From Nitrospirales bacterium (GTDB taxonomy: Bacteria > Nitrospirota > Nitrospiria > Nitrospirales > UBA8639), in the NCBI GenBank assembly GCA_965203295.1, contig CBDBCZ010000014.1, positions 928,001 through 992,000 on the forward strand: a stretch of 64,000 bases of DNA, written 5' to 3'. Below the pieces are notes generated by a model. The model was not told the DNA's origin. It was given only the letters and a program-made list of their open reading frames with translations, and did not search any database. This document shows positions 1-14,900 of this stretch, piece by piece; the stretch's first letter is position 1, and each line of letters starts with the position of its first letter. The position numbers were made by a program, and so were the translations under genes.

Positions 1-100
1 GCATGGCATGGGGTTTATCTAGATAAACCCTAGACAGCTGGGGTTTATAGTATACATGTGCATGCGACACTTTTGAACCGCCCACGCTGTGGGATACTAC
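1..100 (+). repeat. Left terminal inverted repeat with perfect 20-bp palindrome GGGTTTATCTAGATAAACCC (11-30)
   Basis: Non-satellite sequence matching the reverse complement of 32518-32617; a third GGGGTTTAT motif at 40-48. Confidence 0.9.
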
Positions 101-3100
101 TGTGTATACCTCTTTATACATGTATATATACTTGTGTATACCTGTGTATACATGTGCATACGTGTGTTTGCCTGCGTATACTTGTGTATACCTGTGTTTA
201 CTTGTGCATACGTGTGTGTACCCGCATATACTTGAGCGTACCTGTGTTTACTCGTGTACACAATTGTAGATACATGTGTATATCTCTTTATACCTGTGTG
301 TACTTGTGTATGCTTGTGTATACATGTTCATACGTGTGTATACCTACGTATACTTGTGCGTACCTGTATTTACTCGTGTATACAAATGTATATACCCGTG
401 TATACTTCCTTATACCTGTGTATACTTGTGTATAACTGTGTATACGTGTGCATATGTCTGTATACCCACATTTCCTTGTGTATACCTGTGTTTACTCATG
501 TAGATATCTGTGAATACCTCTTTATACCTTTATATACTTTTGTATACCTGTGAATACATGTGTGCACTTGTGTTTACTTGTGTAAACACGTGTAAACACG
601 TGTATACTTGTGTATACTTGTGTATACCTGTGCAACATGTGTATGGACGTGTAAACTTGTGTAAACTTGTGTATACTTGTGTATACCCGTGTAATCTTGT
701 GTATACTTTGTATACCTGTGCATACTTGTGTATTTTAGCGTATAATTATGTATACTCGTGTATGCTCGTATATACCCATGTATACTTCTGTTAACCTGTG
801 TATACTTGTGCATATTTGTGTATACCCTTGTTTGCTGATGTAGGCATACCTGTGTATACTTGTCCATATTTGTGTATACCCTTGTTTGTTGGTGTATGCA
901 TAACTGTGTATACTTGTGTATACACATGTATAATTGTGTATACTTGTGTAAAGCCGTGTTTAATGGTGAATTTTATCTATGTATAGTTGTTTACCCGTGT
1001 ATACTTTTGTATTCCCGTGTATACATCTGTATTCCTGTGTATACTTGTGTATACCCATGTATATACTTAATTACGTCGTTTTTACTTGTGTATGCTTGTG
1101 TAAACACGTGTACTTGTGTATACTGCCTTCTCTTTTATTCTTTCAGGAGATGGTAGTTCATGACTGGCCCATTTTTATGGTTCGCTGGCATCACCAGAAG
1201 GGTCATAAACTCAGTGATGTGTGTGTCATGAATTTGGAACACTAGCATCCAAAGTATCAGGATAACAGCTCATATCTGGGGATAAAAGTATGTTAACAAA
1301 GGATAGGTAATGTAGATACCCTTGTATATATCTTTATACCAGTTCATATAGTGTATACCTGTTTATACATTTGCATACGTGTGTAAACCCGCGCATACTT
1401 CGGAATACCTGCGATTACTCCAGTATATAAATGTATATACTTTATACCTGTGTATACTTGTGTATACGAGTGCATACGTGTGTATACCCGTGTGTACTTG
1501 AGTATACCTGTATTTACTAGTGTATACAAATGTAAATACCCATTTATGCCTCTTTATACCTTTGTATACTTGTGTATGCCTTGTATACATGTGCACACGT
1601 GTGTATACCTGTTTTTACTTGTGTATACCTGTGTTTACTAGTGTATAAAACTGTAAATACCGTGTATGTTTTTGTATACCTGTGTATACATGTGCATACG
1701 TGTGCATACGTGTGCATACCCACGTATACTTGTGTATGCATGTTTACTCGTGTATACAAAATGTAGATACCCATGTGTACCCTTTTTATGCCTGTGTATA
1801 CTTGTGTATACCAGTGTATACATGTGTTATACGCGTGTATATCCTTGTGTATTCTCGTGTGTTCATGTGGATGTGTGCTTATACCCGCGTATGCTTGTGC
1901 ATACCTGTTTAAACGTTTATACACATGTAGATACCCGTGTAAGCCTGTGTGTACCGCTTATACCTGTGTATACATGTAAATACGCACGTATACTTGTGTA
2001 TACCAGTTTATGAGACTGTACCTGTTTATACACACTTATGCTTGTGTATACTGGATTTTACTCGTGTATAGTTGTGTATACCTATTTGTATACCTCTGTA
2101 TACCTGTCTATTCTTGTGTATACTTGTGTATAGCCGTGTATACCAGTGAATACTTGTTTACCTGTGTATGGTTGTGTCTACCACGGTATACTTGTGTATA
2201 CATGTATTTACTTGTGTATACAAATGTAGATACCCGTATATACCTGTTTATACCTGTGTGTACTTGTGCATACCTGTGTATACATCTGCACCCGTGCGTA
2301 TACCCACGTATACTTGTGTATACCTGTGTTAACTTGTGTATACAACTTTAGATACCCGTGTGTACCTCTTTATACTTGTGTATACTTGTTTGTGCCTGTG
2401 TATACATATTGTGTATACCTGTGTATACTTGTGTATGTCTGTGTTTACTCGAGTATACAAATGTAGATATCCGTGAATACCTCTTTATGCCTTTGTATAC
2501 TTCCGTATACCTGTGTATACATGTGTGTACTTGTGTTTACTTGTGTAAACACGTGTAAACACGTGTATACTTGTGTATACTTGTATATACCTGTGCATAC
2601 ATGTGTATAGACGTGTAAACTTGTGTAAACTTGTGTATACTTGTGTATACCCGTGTAATCTTGTGTATACTTGTGTATACCTGGTTTAAACCTGTATGAG
2701 CCTTTGTATACCTGTGCATACTTGTGTATTTCATCATATAATTGTGTATACTTGTGTATGCTCGTATACACCCATGTATACTTCTGTTAACCTGTGTATA
2801 CTTGTGCATATTTGTGTATACCCGTGTTTGCTGATGTAGGCATACCTGTGTATACTTGTCTATATTTGTGTATACCCTTGTTTGTTGGTGTATGCATAAC
2901 TGTGTATATTTGTATATACACATGTATAATGTGTATACTTGTGTAAAGCCGTGTTTAATGGTGAATTTCATCTATGTATAGTTGTTTACCCGTGTATACT
3001 TTTGTATTACCATGTATACATCTGTATTCCTGTGTATGCTTGTGTATACCCGTGTATATACTTAATAAGTCGTTTTTACTTGTGTATGCTTGTGTAAACA

Positions 3101-6100
3101 CGTGTACTTGTGTATACTGCCTTCTCTTTTATTCCTTCAGGAGATGGTAGTTCATGACTGGCTGATTTCTATGGCTCGCTGGCAACACCGGAAGGGCCAT
3201 ACACTCAGTGATGAGTGTGTCATGAATTTGGAACACTAGCATCCAAAGTATCAGGATAACAGCTCATATCTGGGGATAAAAGTATGTTAACAAAGGATAG
3301 GTAATGTAGATACCCTTGTATATATCTTTATACCGGTTCATATAGTGTATACCTGTTTATACATTGCATACGTGTGTAAACCCGCGTATACTTTGGAATA
3401 CCTATGATTACTCTGGTATATAAATGTATATACTGTATACCTGTGTATACTTGTGTATACGAGTGCATACGTGTGTATACCCGTGTGTACTTGAGTATAC
3501 CTGTGTTTACTAGTGTATACAAATGTAATACCCATTTATGCCTCTTTATACCTTTGTATACTTGTGTATGCCTTGTATACATGCGCACACGTGTGTATAC
3601 CTGTTTTTACTTGTGTATACATGTGTTTATTAGTGTATAAAACTGTAAATAACGTGTATGTTTTTGTATACCTGTGTATACATGTGCATACGTGTGTATA
3701 CATGTGCATACGTGTGCATACCCGCGTATACTTGTGTATGGCTGTTTACTCGTGTATATAAAATGTAGATACCAATGTGTACCATTTTTATGCCTGTGTA
3801 TACTTGTATATACTAGTGTATACATGAGTATACGCGTGTATATCCTTGTGTATTCTCGTGTGTTCATGTGGATGTGTGTTTATACCCGCGTATACTTGTG
3901 CATACCTGTTTAAACGTTTATACACATGTAGATACCCGTGTAAGCCTGTGTGTACCTGCGTATACCTGTGTATACATGTAAATACACACATATTCTTGTG
4001 TATACCTGTTTATGAGACTGTACCTGTTTATACACACTTACGCTTGTGTATACTTGGTTTTACTCGTGTATAGTTGTGTATACCTATTTGTATACCTCTG
4101 CATACCTGTCTATTCTTGTGTACACTTGTGTATAGCCATTTATACCAGTGAATACTTGTTTACCTGTGATATGGTTGTCTACCACGGTATACTTGAGTAT
4201 ACACGTGTATACTTTTGTATATAAATGTAGATACCCGAGTATACCTCTTTATACTAGTGTATACTTGTGTTTACCTATGTTTACTTGTGTATACAAGTGT
4301 AAGTACCCGTATATACTAGTTTATACCTGTGTGTACTTATGCATACCTGTGTATACTTCTGCACTCGTGCGTATACCCACGTATACCTGTGTATACCTGC
4401 GTTAACTCGTGTATACAAATTTAGGTACCCGTGTGTACCTCTTTTTACTTGTGTATACTTGTTTGTGCCTGTGTATACATGTGCATATTGTGTATACCTG
4501 CGTATACTTGTGGTTGCCTGGGTTTACTCGAGTATACAAATGTAGATATTCATGAATACCTCTTTATGCCTTTGTATACTTCCGTATACCTGTGTATACA
4601 TGTGTGTACTTGTGTTTACTTGTGTAAACACGTGTATACTTGTGTATACTTGTATATACTTGTGCATACATGTGTATAGAAGTGTAAACTTGTGTAAACT
4701 TGTGTAAACTTGTGTATACCTGTGTAATCTTGTGTATACTTGTGTATACCTGGTTTAAACCTGTATGAGCCTTTGTATACCTGTGCATACTTGTGTATTT
4801 GAGCATATCATTGTGTATACTCGTGTATGCTCGTATATACCCATGTATACTTCTGTTAACCTGTGTATACTTGTGCATATTTGTGTATACCCGTGTTCGC
4901 TGATTAAGGCATACCTGTGTAAACTTGTCTATATTTGTGTATACCCTAGTTTGTTGGTGTATGCATAACTGTGTATACTTGTGTATACACATGTATAATT
5001 GTGTATACTTGTGTAAAGCCGAGTTTAATGGTGAATTTTATCTGTGTATAGTTTTTAGCCGTGTATACTTTTGTATTCCCGTGTATACATCTGTATTCCT
5101 GTGTATGTTTGTTTATACCCATGTATATACTTTATTAGTCGTTTTTACTGTTGTATGCTTGTGTAAACACGTGTATTTGTGTATACTGCCTTCTCTTTTA
5201 TTCTTTTAGGAGATGGTAGTTCATGACTGGCCCATTTTTATGGCTCGCTGGCATCACCAGAAGGGCCATACACTCAGTGATGAGTGTGTCATGAATTTGG
5301 ATAACTAGCATCCAAAGTATCCGGATAACAGCTCATATCTGGAGATAAAAGTATGTTAACAAAGGATAGGTAATGTAAATACCCTTGTATATATCTTTAT
5401 ACCGGTTCATATGGTGTATACCTGTTTATACATTTGCATACGCGTGTAAACCCGCGTATACTTCGTGATTACTCTGGTATATAAATGTATGTACTGTATA
5501 CCTGTGTATTCTTGTGTATACGAGTACTTACGTGTGTATACCCGTGTATACTTCAGTATACCTGTGTTTACTAGTGTATACAAATGTAAATACCCATTGA
5601 TGCCTCTTTATACCTTTTATACTTGTGTATGCCTTGTATACATGCGCACACGTGTGTATACCCGTTGTTACTTGTGTATACCTGTTTACTAGTGTATAAA
5701 ACTAAATACCGTGTATGTTTTTGTATACCTGTGTATACATGTGCATACGTGTGCATACCCGCGTATACTTGTGTATGCCTGTTTACTCGTGTATATAAAA
5801 TTTAGCCTGTGTGTACCTGCGTATACCTGTGTATACATGTAAATACGCACATATACTTGTCTATACCAGTTTATGAGACTGTACCTGTTTATACACACTT
5901 ACGCTTGTTTGTGCATACCTATTTGTATACCTCTGTATACCTGTCTATTCTTGTGTACACTTGTGCATAGCCGTGTATACCAGTGAATACTTGTTTACCT
6001 GTGGTATGGTTGTGTCTACCACGGTATACTTGAGTATACACGTGTATACTTTTGTATATAAATGTAGATACCCGAGTATACCTCTTTATACTAGTGTATA

Positions 6101-8230
6101 CTTGTGCATTCCGGTATTTACTTGTGTATACAAATGTAGATACCCGTATATACCAGTTTATACCTGTGTGTACTTATGCAAACCTGAGTATACTTCTGCA
6201 CTCGAGCGTATACCCACGTATACTTGTGTATACCTGTGTTAACTCGTGTGTACAATTTTAGGTACCCGTGTGTACCTATTTATACTTGTGTATACTTGTT
6301 TATGTCTGTGTATACAGGTCCATATTGTGTATACTTGCGTATACTTGTGTATGCCTGGGTTTACTCGAGTATACAAATGTAGATATCCGTGAATACCGCT
6401 TTATGCCTTTGTATACTTCCGTATACCTGTGTATACATGTGTGTACTTGTGTTTACTTGTGTAAACACGTGTAAACACGTGTAAACACGTGTAAACTTGA
6501 GTTTACTTGTGTATACCTGTGCATACATGTGTATATACGTGTAAACTTGTGTAACCTTGTATATACCGGTGTAATCTGATGTAGGCATACCTGTGTATTC
6601 TTGTTTATATTTGTGTTTGTTGGTGTATGTATAACTGTGTATACTTGTGTATACACATGTATAATTGTGTATACTTGTGTAAAACCGTGTTTAATGGTGA
6701 ATTGTATCTGTGTATAGTTGTTAACCCGTGTATACTTTTGTATTCCCATGTATACATCTGTATTCCTGTGTAAGCTTGTGTATATCCGTGTATATACTTA
6801 ATTAGTCGTTTTTACTTGTGAATACTTGTGTAAACACGTGTACTTGTGTATACTGCCTTCTCTTTTATTCTTTCAGGATATGGTAGTTCATGACTAGCCC
6901 ATTTTTATGGCTCGCTGGCATCACCAGAAGGGCTATACACTCTGTGATGTGTGTCAGGAATTTGGAATGCTAGCTTCCAGAGTATCCGAATAACAGCTCA
7001 TATCTGGAGATAAAAGTATGTTAACAAAGGATAGGTAATGTAGATACCTTTGTATATATCTTTATACCGGTTCATATAGTGTATACCTGTTTATACATTT
7101 GCACTCGTGTATAAACCCGCGTATACTTTGGAATACCTGTGATTACCCTGGTATATAAATGTATATACTGTATACCTTTGTATACTTGTGTATACGAGTG
7201 CATACGTTTGTATACACGTGTACTTGAGTATACTTGTGTTTACTAGCGTATACAAATGTAAATACCCATTTATGCCTCTTTATACCTTTGTATACTTGTG
7301 TATTCCTTGCATACATGCTCACACGTTTGTATACCTGTTTTTACTAATATACACCTGTGTTTACTAGTGTATAAAACTGTAAATACCGTTTGTGTTTTTG
7401 TATACCTGTATATACAAGTCCATACGGGTGTATACCCAAGTATACTTGTGTATACCTGTTTACTCTCGTATACAAAATGTAGATACCCATGTGTACCCTT
7501 TTTATGCCTATGTATACTTGTATATATCAGTGTATACATGTGTATGCGCGATATATCTGTCTATTCTTGTGTTCATGAGGATGTTTATACCCTAGTATAC
7601 TTGTGCATACATGTTTAAACGTTTATACCTTTATATATACTCGTGTTAGCCTGTGTACCTGCGTATACCTTTGTATACATGTAAATACCTACGTATACGT
7701 GTGTATACCATTTTTTAAACTGTACCTGTTTATACACACTCACGCTTACGCATACTTGGTTTTACTCGTGTATAGCTGTGTATAACTATTCGTATACCTC
7801 TGTATATTTTTCTATTTTTTTGTATCCTTGTGTATAGCCGTGTATACCAGTGAATACTTGTTTACCTGTAGTATGGTTGTGTCTACCACGGTATACTTGT
7901 GTATACACGCGTAAACTTTAGTATAGTCGTGTATACTTGTGTATGCGCGCATAAACCTATGTATATTTGTGAGTAATGCCTTTTCTTTATCCTTTCAGGC
8001 AGCGGTAGTTCATGAATGACCTTGCTGGCCCATTTTTATGGCTCGCTGGCATCACAACAAGAGCCATAAGCTCAGTGATGTCTGTGTGTCATGAATTTGG
8101 AACACTAGCGTCCAAAAGTTATCAGATTACAGCTATCTTTGTATGCAGTTAACTAAGGACAAAAGAACGAACAAAGGGTAATGTACAAAAGATTAGGGTG
8201 GCTAATTAAATCTTTTTAATTGTGTATACC
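101..8230 (+). repeat. Left arm: 10-bp TGTGTATACY minisatellite in ~1.1-2.1-kb higher-order units, each with a conserved ~190-bp cassette
   Basis: Continuous degenerate tgtgtatacc/tgtgtatact repeats. Cassettes at ~1125-1315, 3118-3308, 5187-5377, 6855-7040 and a diverged one at ~7978-8190. Confidence 0.92.
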
Positions 8231-8680
8231 AACGATAATTGTATATAAAAAATAAAGGGAAAGAAAAAAAATTAAAAAAGGGAAATACAAAAAATGAAAA
8301 AAGAAATAAGGAAAAGGAAAAGAAAAATAAAAATGAAAAAATGTGAAAAGAAAAGCGAAAAAAAGAAAAGAAATTAATAAAAGAAAAAGAAAAAGAAAAA
8401 GAATAAAGGAAAAAATAAAAATTTGAAAAATAAAAAGAATGGAAAAGGAAAAGGAAGAAAAAGTAAATTAAAGGAAAGAAAAAAGAAAGAAAGAAGGAAA
8501 AGAAAAAGAAAACAATTTAATGAAAAGAAAAAGAAAAACGAAATAGAAAAGAAAAAGGAAAAGAAATAGAAAAGAAAAAGAAAAAGAAAAAATAAAAAGA
8601 AAAAGCAAGGAAAAAATAAAAAATTAACCGTTTACACCAAAAAAGAAAAAAAAAATTAAACAGCAAAAAAAAAGAAAAAT
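8231..8680 (+). repeat. A/G-rich low-complexity tract (GAAAA-type), mirror of 18315-18910
   Basis: Almost pure purine tract of gaaaaa/gaaaag repeats. Confidence 0.9.
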
Positions 8681-8752
8681 AGCATTTTCCGGGAATCGAA
8701 CCTGCGAATTTTCATTCAATAGCCTAGAACTTACCATACACACCATTGGCCT
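8681..8752 (-). promoter_or_regulatory. tRNA-derived Pol III unit (A box + B box + T-run), facing outward
   Basis: Minus strand reads TGGTGTGTATGG (A box, 8745-8734), GGTTCGATTCC (consensus B box, 8702-8692), then T-runs; TTATAA about 30 nt upstream. No complete cloverleaf. Confidence 0.7.
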
Positions 8753-8969
8753 AGTAAGAATGTTGTGGCCAGAAAAGGCTTATAAATCAGAAAAGATTTT
8801 TTGACGCATTTAAATGGTATTGGGAGTAAAATTTTAATTTAAAAAAAGGAAAAAATGAGATAAAAAAAGGAAAAAAAAAAAAAAAAAAATAGATGTGAAA
8901 ATAATGAAAAATGAAGAAAAAATAAAAAAACATGGAAAAAAAAAAAAAAGAAAGTGAAAAAGTCTAATA

Positions 8970-11900
8970 CCTCTGTCGCGCCAATGCGAGTCAAAAAGCG
9001 AAATATCAAAAAAAATTTAGCTTCAAAAAATAATTATGCCCACAAACTCTCCCGGACAGGGTGTAGGGGCCGCTAACACCTCTCTTTTATTTGTCCATTT
9101 TTCAGCAAGTGTGAAATGGAGTTAAAATTTGGACAATAAAAAAAATTCTCGCAAACCTTGGTAAAATGCCGGAACCGATGACACCTCTCTATCACCTTTA
9201 CGACATCCACAAATCAAGATATTGAAGAAAATTTTTTAGATAAAATTAAAATGCTCGCATACCGTTTAGGGCACCGCGTTGGCACCGCTAACACCTCCCT
9301 TTTACTTGTTTGACCTCTAAAAATCGAATTATCGAAGAAAAATGTTATGGATCGAAAAACGAAAATGCTCGCGTACTTTTCAGGGTACTGCGTTGGTATC
9401 GTTGACACCTCCGTTTCACCTGCGCGACTTCCAATAATTGAGATATCGAAGTAAAATTTTTTCGACCGAAACACGAAAATGCACGCATACTGTTCAGGCC
9501 ACCGCATTGGTACTTTTTACAACTCCCTTTCGTCAGTGCGACCTCCAGAAATTGATATATCGAAGTAAAAATTTTTCGACCGAAAAACGAAAATGCTCTG
9601 ATACTGTTCAGGCCAACGCATTGGTACTTTTTACAACTCCCTTTCATCAGTGCGACCTCCAGAAATTGATATATCAAAGTAAAAATTTTTCGACCGAAAA
9701 ACGAAAATGCTCTCATACTGTTCAGGCCACCGCATTGGTACTTTTTACAACTCCCTTTCATCAGTGCGACCTCCTGAAATTGATATATTGAAGTAAAAGC
9801 TTCTCGACCGAAAAACGAAAATGCTCTCATACAGTTCAGGCCTCCGCATTGGTACCTTTTAAAACTCCCTTTCACCAGTGCGACCTCCAGAAATTGATAT
9901 ATCATAAAAAAAATTATTAGAAGGAAAAACGAAAATACTCGCAAACTGTTCAGGACCACGCGTTGGTACCGTTGACATCTCCCTTTAACCTGTCCGAACT
10001 GCAGAAATCGAGATATCGACAAAAAAAGTTTAGATCGAATAACGAAAAGGCTCGCACACATTTCAGGGCACCGCGTTGGTACCATTGACACCTCCCTTTT
10101 ACCTGTGCGACTTCAAGAAATTGAGATATTGACGAAAATTTTTTTGGAACAAATAAACGAAAATGAACGCATACTATTTATGGCTCAGGTTGGTACCGCT
10201 GACACCTCCCTTTCTCATGTCCGACCTCAAGAAATCGAGATATCAAAGAAATATTTTTTTGATTGAAAAAATGAAAATGCGCGCACACTATTCAGGGCTT
10301 AGCGTTGGTACCGCTGACACCTCCCTTTCACCTGTGCAACCTCCAGAAATTGAGATATCAAAAAAAAACTTTTAGTTCGAAAAACGAAAATGCTCGCATA
10401 CTTTTCAGGACACCGCATTGTTACCTTTTACACTTCCCTTTCACCTGTGAGATTTCCAGAAATTGAGATATTGAAAAAAACATTTTTTTACGGAAAAACA
10501 AAAATACTCCCAAACAGTTCAAGACACCGCATTGGTACCGTTGACATCTCCCTTTCACCTGTCAGACCTCTAGAAATCAAAATTTCGACAAAAAAATTAT
10601 AAACCGAAAAACGAAAAATGCTCGCATACTGTTCAGGGCACCGCTTTGGTACCTTTTACACCTCCCTTTTACGTGTACGACCTCAAGAAATGGAGATATT
10701 GACGAAATTATTTTGGAACAAATCAAACGAAAATGTTCGCATACTATTTATGGCTCAGCGTTGATACCGCTGACACCTCCCTTTCATCAGTCAGACCTCT
10801 AGAAATCGAAATATCGAGAAAAAAAATTTTAAATCGAAAAACGAAAATATTCGCATACTGTTCAGGGCACCGCTTTGGTACCTTTTACACCTCCCTTTTA
10901 CGTGTGCGACCTCAAGAAATGGAGATATTGACGAAATTTTTTTTGGAATAAATAAACGAAAATATACGCATACTATTTATGGCTCAGCGTTGGTACCGCT
11001 GACACCTCCCTTTCACCTGTGCGATCTCCAGAAATCGAAATATCAAAGAAATATTTTTTGGACCGAAAAAAAGAAAATGCGCGCATACTATTCAGGACTT
11101 TGCGTTGGTACTGCTGACACCTCCCTTTCACCTGTGCGACCTCCAGAAATCGAGATATCAAAGAAATATTTTTTGGACCGAAAAAATGAAAATGCGCGCA
11201 TACTATTCAGGACTTTGCGTTGGTACCGCTGACACCTCCCTTTCACCTGTGCGACCTCCAGAAATCGAGATATCAAAGAAATATTTTTTGGACCGTAAAA
11301 ATGAAAATGCGCGCATACTATTCAGGACTTTGCGTTGGTACCGCTGACACCTCCCTTTCACCTGTGCGACCTCCAGAAATTGAGATATCAAAGAAAAATT
11401 TTCTTGATCGAAAAACAGAAATACACTCAAACTGTTTGGGACACCGCGTTAGTACCGTTGACACCTCCCTTTCACATGTAAGACCTCTAGAAAACCAAAT
11501 ATCGACCAAAAAATTTTAAAGCGAAAAACGAAAATGCTCGCATATTGTTCAGGGTACCGCGTTGGTAACGATGACACTTCCTTTTAACCTGTGCGACTTC
11601 CAGAAATCCAGATATCTACAAAATATATTTTGGACAGTAAAAACGAAAACACACGCATATTATTCAGGCTCAACGTTTGTACCGCTGTTACATCCCTTTA
11701 ACCTGTGCGACATCCAGAAATTGCTATCGACGATTTTTTGGACCGAAAAACGTAAATGTTCGCATATTGTTCAGAGCACCGCGTTGGTACCGTTTACACC
11801 TCCCTTTCACCTTTAAAACCTCCTGAAATCGAGATATTGACAAAAAAAAATTTGACCTTAAAAACAAAAAATGCTCGCATTCTGTTTAGGGCACCGCGCT

Positions 11901-14900
11901 GATACCGCTGACATCTTTTTTCACCTGTTCAACCTCCAGAAATTGAGATATCGACAAAAAACTTTTGGACCTATAAACGAAAAATGCTCGCTTTCTATTT
12001 TGGGCACCACGTTGATAGCGCTGACACATCCCTTTCACCTGTGCTACCTACAGAAACCTTAATATCGAAAAAAAATGTTTTTGACTGAAAAAAAATGCTC
12101 GCATACTGTTCTGACACCACGTTTGTACCGTTGACATCTCCCTTTCACCAGTCCGATCAACAAACATTGACATATCGACGAAAACATTTTTAGACTAAAA
12201 AACGTAAATGCTCACATACTGTTCAGGGTACAGCTTTAGGACCTTCCTTTCACCTGTCCGTTAACCAGAAATCGAGATATCGACAAAATATTTTTAGATC
12301 CAAAAACGAAAAACCTCGTTTACTTTTTAGAGCAACGCGTTGGTAACGCTTACAACTCCCTTTCATCAGTGCGACCTCCAGAAATCGAAATGTCGACAAA
12401 AAAATTTTGCGGCAGAAAAACGTAAGTTCTCGCAAACCTTTCAGGGTACGGCATTTGTACTGCTGACCACTACCTTTCAACAGTGCGACCTCTAGAAATC
12501 AAGATATCGAAGAAAATTTTTTTAGATCGAAAAACAAATTCTCGCACACTGTTAAGGGCACAGGTTTGGTACCTCTGGCGACTTCCTTTCTCCTGTGTGC
12601 CTTACAAAAATTGAGATATCGACGAAAAATTTTTTGGACCTAAAACGAAAATGCTCGCAATCTTTTTAGGGCACCGCGTTGATACCGCTATCAACTCCCT
12701 TTCACCTGTGCAACCTCAAGTAACCTAAATATTGAAGAAAAGTTTTTTGACCGTTAAACGAAAATGCTCTCATACAGTTCACGGTACTGCGTTGGTACCG
12801 TTTAAACCTCCCTTTCACCAGACCAATCTCCAAAAATCGAGATATCAAAAAAAAAAATTTTTTGACCCAAAAACGAAAATGCTCTCTTACAATTTAGGGC
12901 ACCGCGTAGGTACTGATGACTCCTCCCTTTAACCTGTCAGATCTCCAGAAATTGTGATATCAAAGAAAAAATTTTTTGACTGAAAAACGAAAATGCTCTC
13001 ATACTATTTAGGGCACCGCGTTGGTTCTATTGACACCTCCCTTTCACCTGTCAGATCTCCAGAAATTGAGATATCAAAAAAAAATGACTGAAAAAAAAAT
13101 GCTCACAATCTTTTCTGGGCAATCGAGGTATCAAAAAAAAAATTTGACCAAAAAAAAATGCTCAATCTTTTCAGGGCAATCGAGATATCAAAAAAAAAAT
13201 TTGACCGAATAACAAAAATGCTCGCATACTGTTTAGGACACCGCGTTGATACCGCTGACATCTCCCTTACATCTAAGCGACCTCCAGAAACCAATATTTC
13301 GAAAAAAATTTTTTTGACCGAAAAACGAAAATGCTCGCATATTGTTCAGGGCACCGCTTTTGCACCGCTGACACCTTTCTTTCACCTATACAACCTCCAG
13401 AAATCGACATATCGAAAAAAAATTTGGGACCGAAAAACGAATGTGTTCACATACTGTTTAGGGCACCGCGTTAGCACAGCTGACACCTCCCTTTCACTTG
13501 TGCAACCTCCAGAAATCGTTATATCGACAGAAACGTTTTGGAACCAAAAAACGAATATTCTCGCATACTGTTTAGGGCACCGCGTTGGCACCGCTGACAC
13601 CTCTCTTTCACCATTGCAATCTACAGAAATCGACATATCGACAGAAAATTTTTGGTACTGAAAAACGAAAATGCTCGGTTACTGTTCAGGTACCGAAAAA
13701 CGAAAATGTTCGCATACTTTTCAGGGCTACGCGTTGGTACCGTTAACACTTTGTGCGAACTCGAGTAATCGAGATATCGACTAAAAACGTTTTTGACCGA
13801 AAAACAAAAAAGCTCGCAAACTGTTCAGAATACCACGTTGGTACCGTTGACACCTTTTCTCTTGTGCGAACTCTTGATCTCAAGATATCGACAAAAAAAG
13901 TTTTTTAACCGAATAACGAAAATGATCGCATACTGTTCTGGGCTCCGCGTTGGTACCGTTGACACCTTTCTTTACCTTGTGCGAACTCTAGTAATCAAGA
14001 TATCGACAAAAAAAGTTTTTAACCGAAAAACAAAAAATGCTCGAATACTGTTCAAGTTACCGCGTTGGTACCGTTGACACCTCCTTTTTACCTTTCCGTC
14101 CTCCAGAAATCAAAATAATGACAAAAAAATTTGGTTCGAAAAGTAAAAATGCTCGCATACTGTTCAGGGCACCGCGTTGGTACCTTTGATACCACCCTTT
14201 TTCTTGAACGAACAATTGAAACGTGATACTGACAAAAAAAAATTTACTGAATAACAAAAATACTCGCATACATTTCAGAACTCCGCGTTGGCACTGTTGA
14301 CACCTAATTTTCTCTTGTGCGAACTCTTGAACACGAGATATTAACAAAAAAAGTTTTGACAATAAAAATACTTGTGCGAACTCTTGAACTCGAGATATTG
14401 ACAAAAAAGTTTTTGACCAAATAACGAAAATACTCGCATACTGTTCAGGGCTCCGCGTTGGTACCGTTGACTCCTAACTTTTGCTTGTGCGAACTCTTTA
14501 ACTCGAGATATTGACAAAAAAGTTTTTGACCGAATAACAAATACTCGCATACTGTTCAGGGATCCGCGTTGGTACCGTTGATACCTAACTTTCCCTTGTC
14601 CAAACTCCAGAAATCGAGATATCGATTAAAAAAATTTGCATCGAAAAACGAAAATGCTTACACACTGTTAAGGGTACCGCGTTGGTATGGCCGACACCTT
14701 TTTTTCACCGGTGCAACCTCCACATATCAAGATATCGATAAAACATTTTTGGACCGAAAAACGAAAATGCTCTATACTGTTCAGGGTACTGCGTTGGCAC
14801 TACTGAAACCCTTTTACCTGTGCAACCTCCAGAAATTTACATATCAACAAAAAAAAATTGGGACCGAAAACGAAAATGCTCGCATAGTGTTTAGGCACAG

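Noticed and set aside
1147..1306. Cassette as a protein-coding exon or C/D snoRNA
   Set aside because: Stops in all frames; the short ORF in the inner left copy (MNDLAGPFLWLAG...) is truncated in the others. GTGATGA occurs in only some copies and I found no consistent D box.
8681..8752. Functional tRNA genes here and at 18241-18314
   Set aside because: A and B boxes are present, but acceptor and anticodon stems do not pair; reported as tRNA-derived only.
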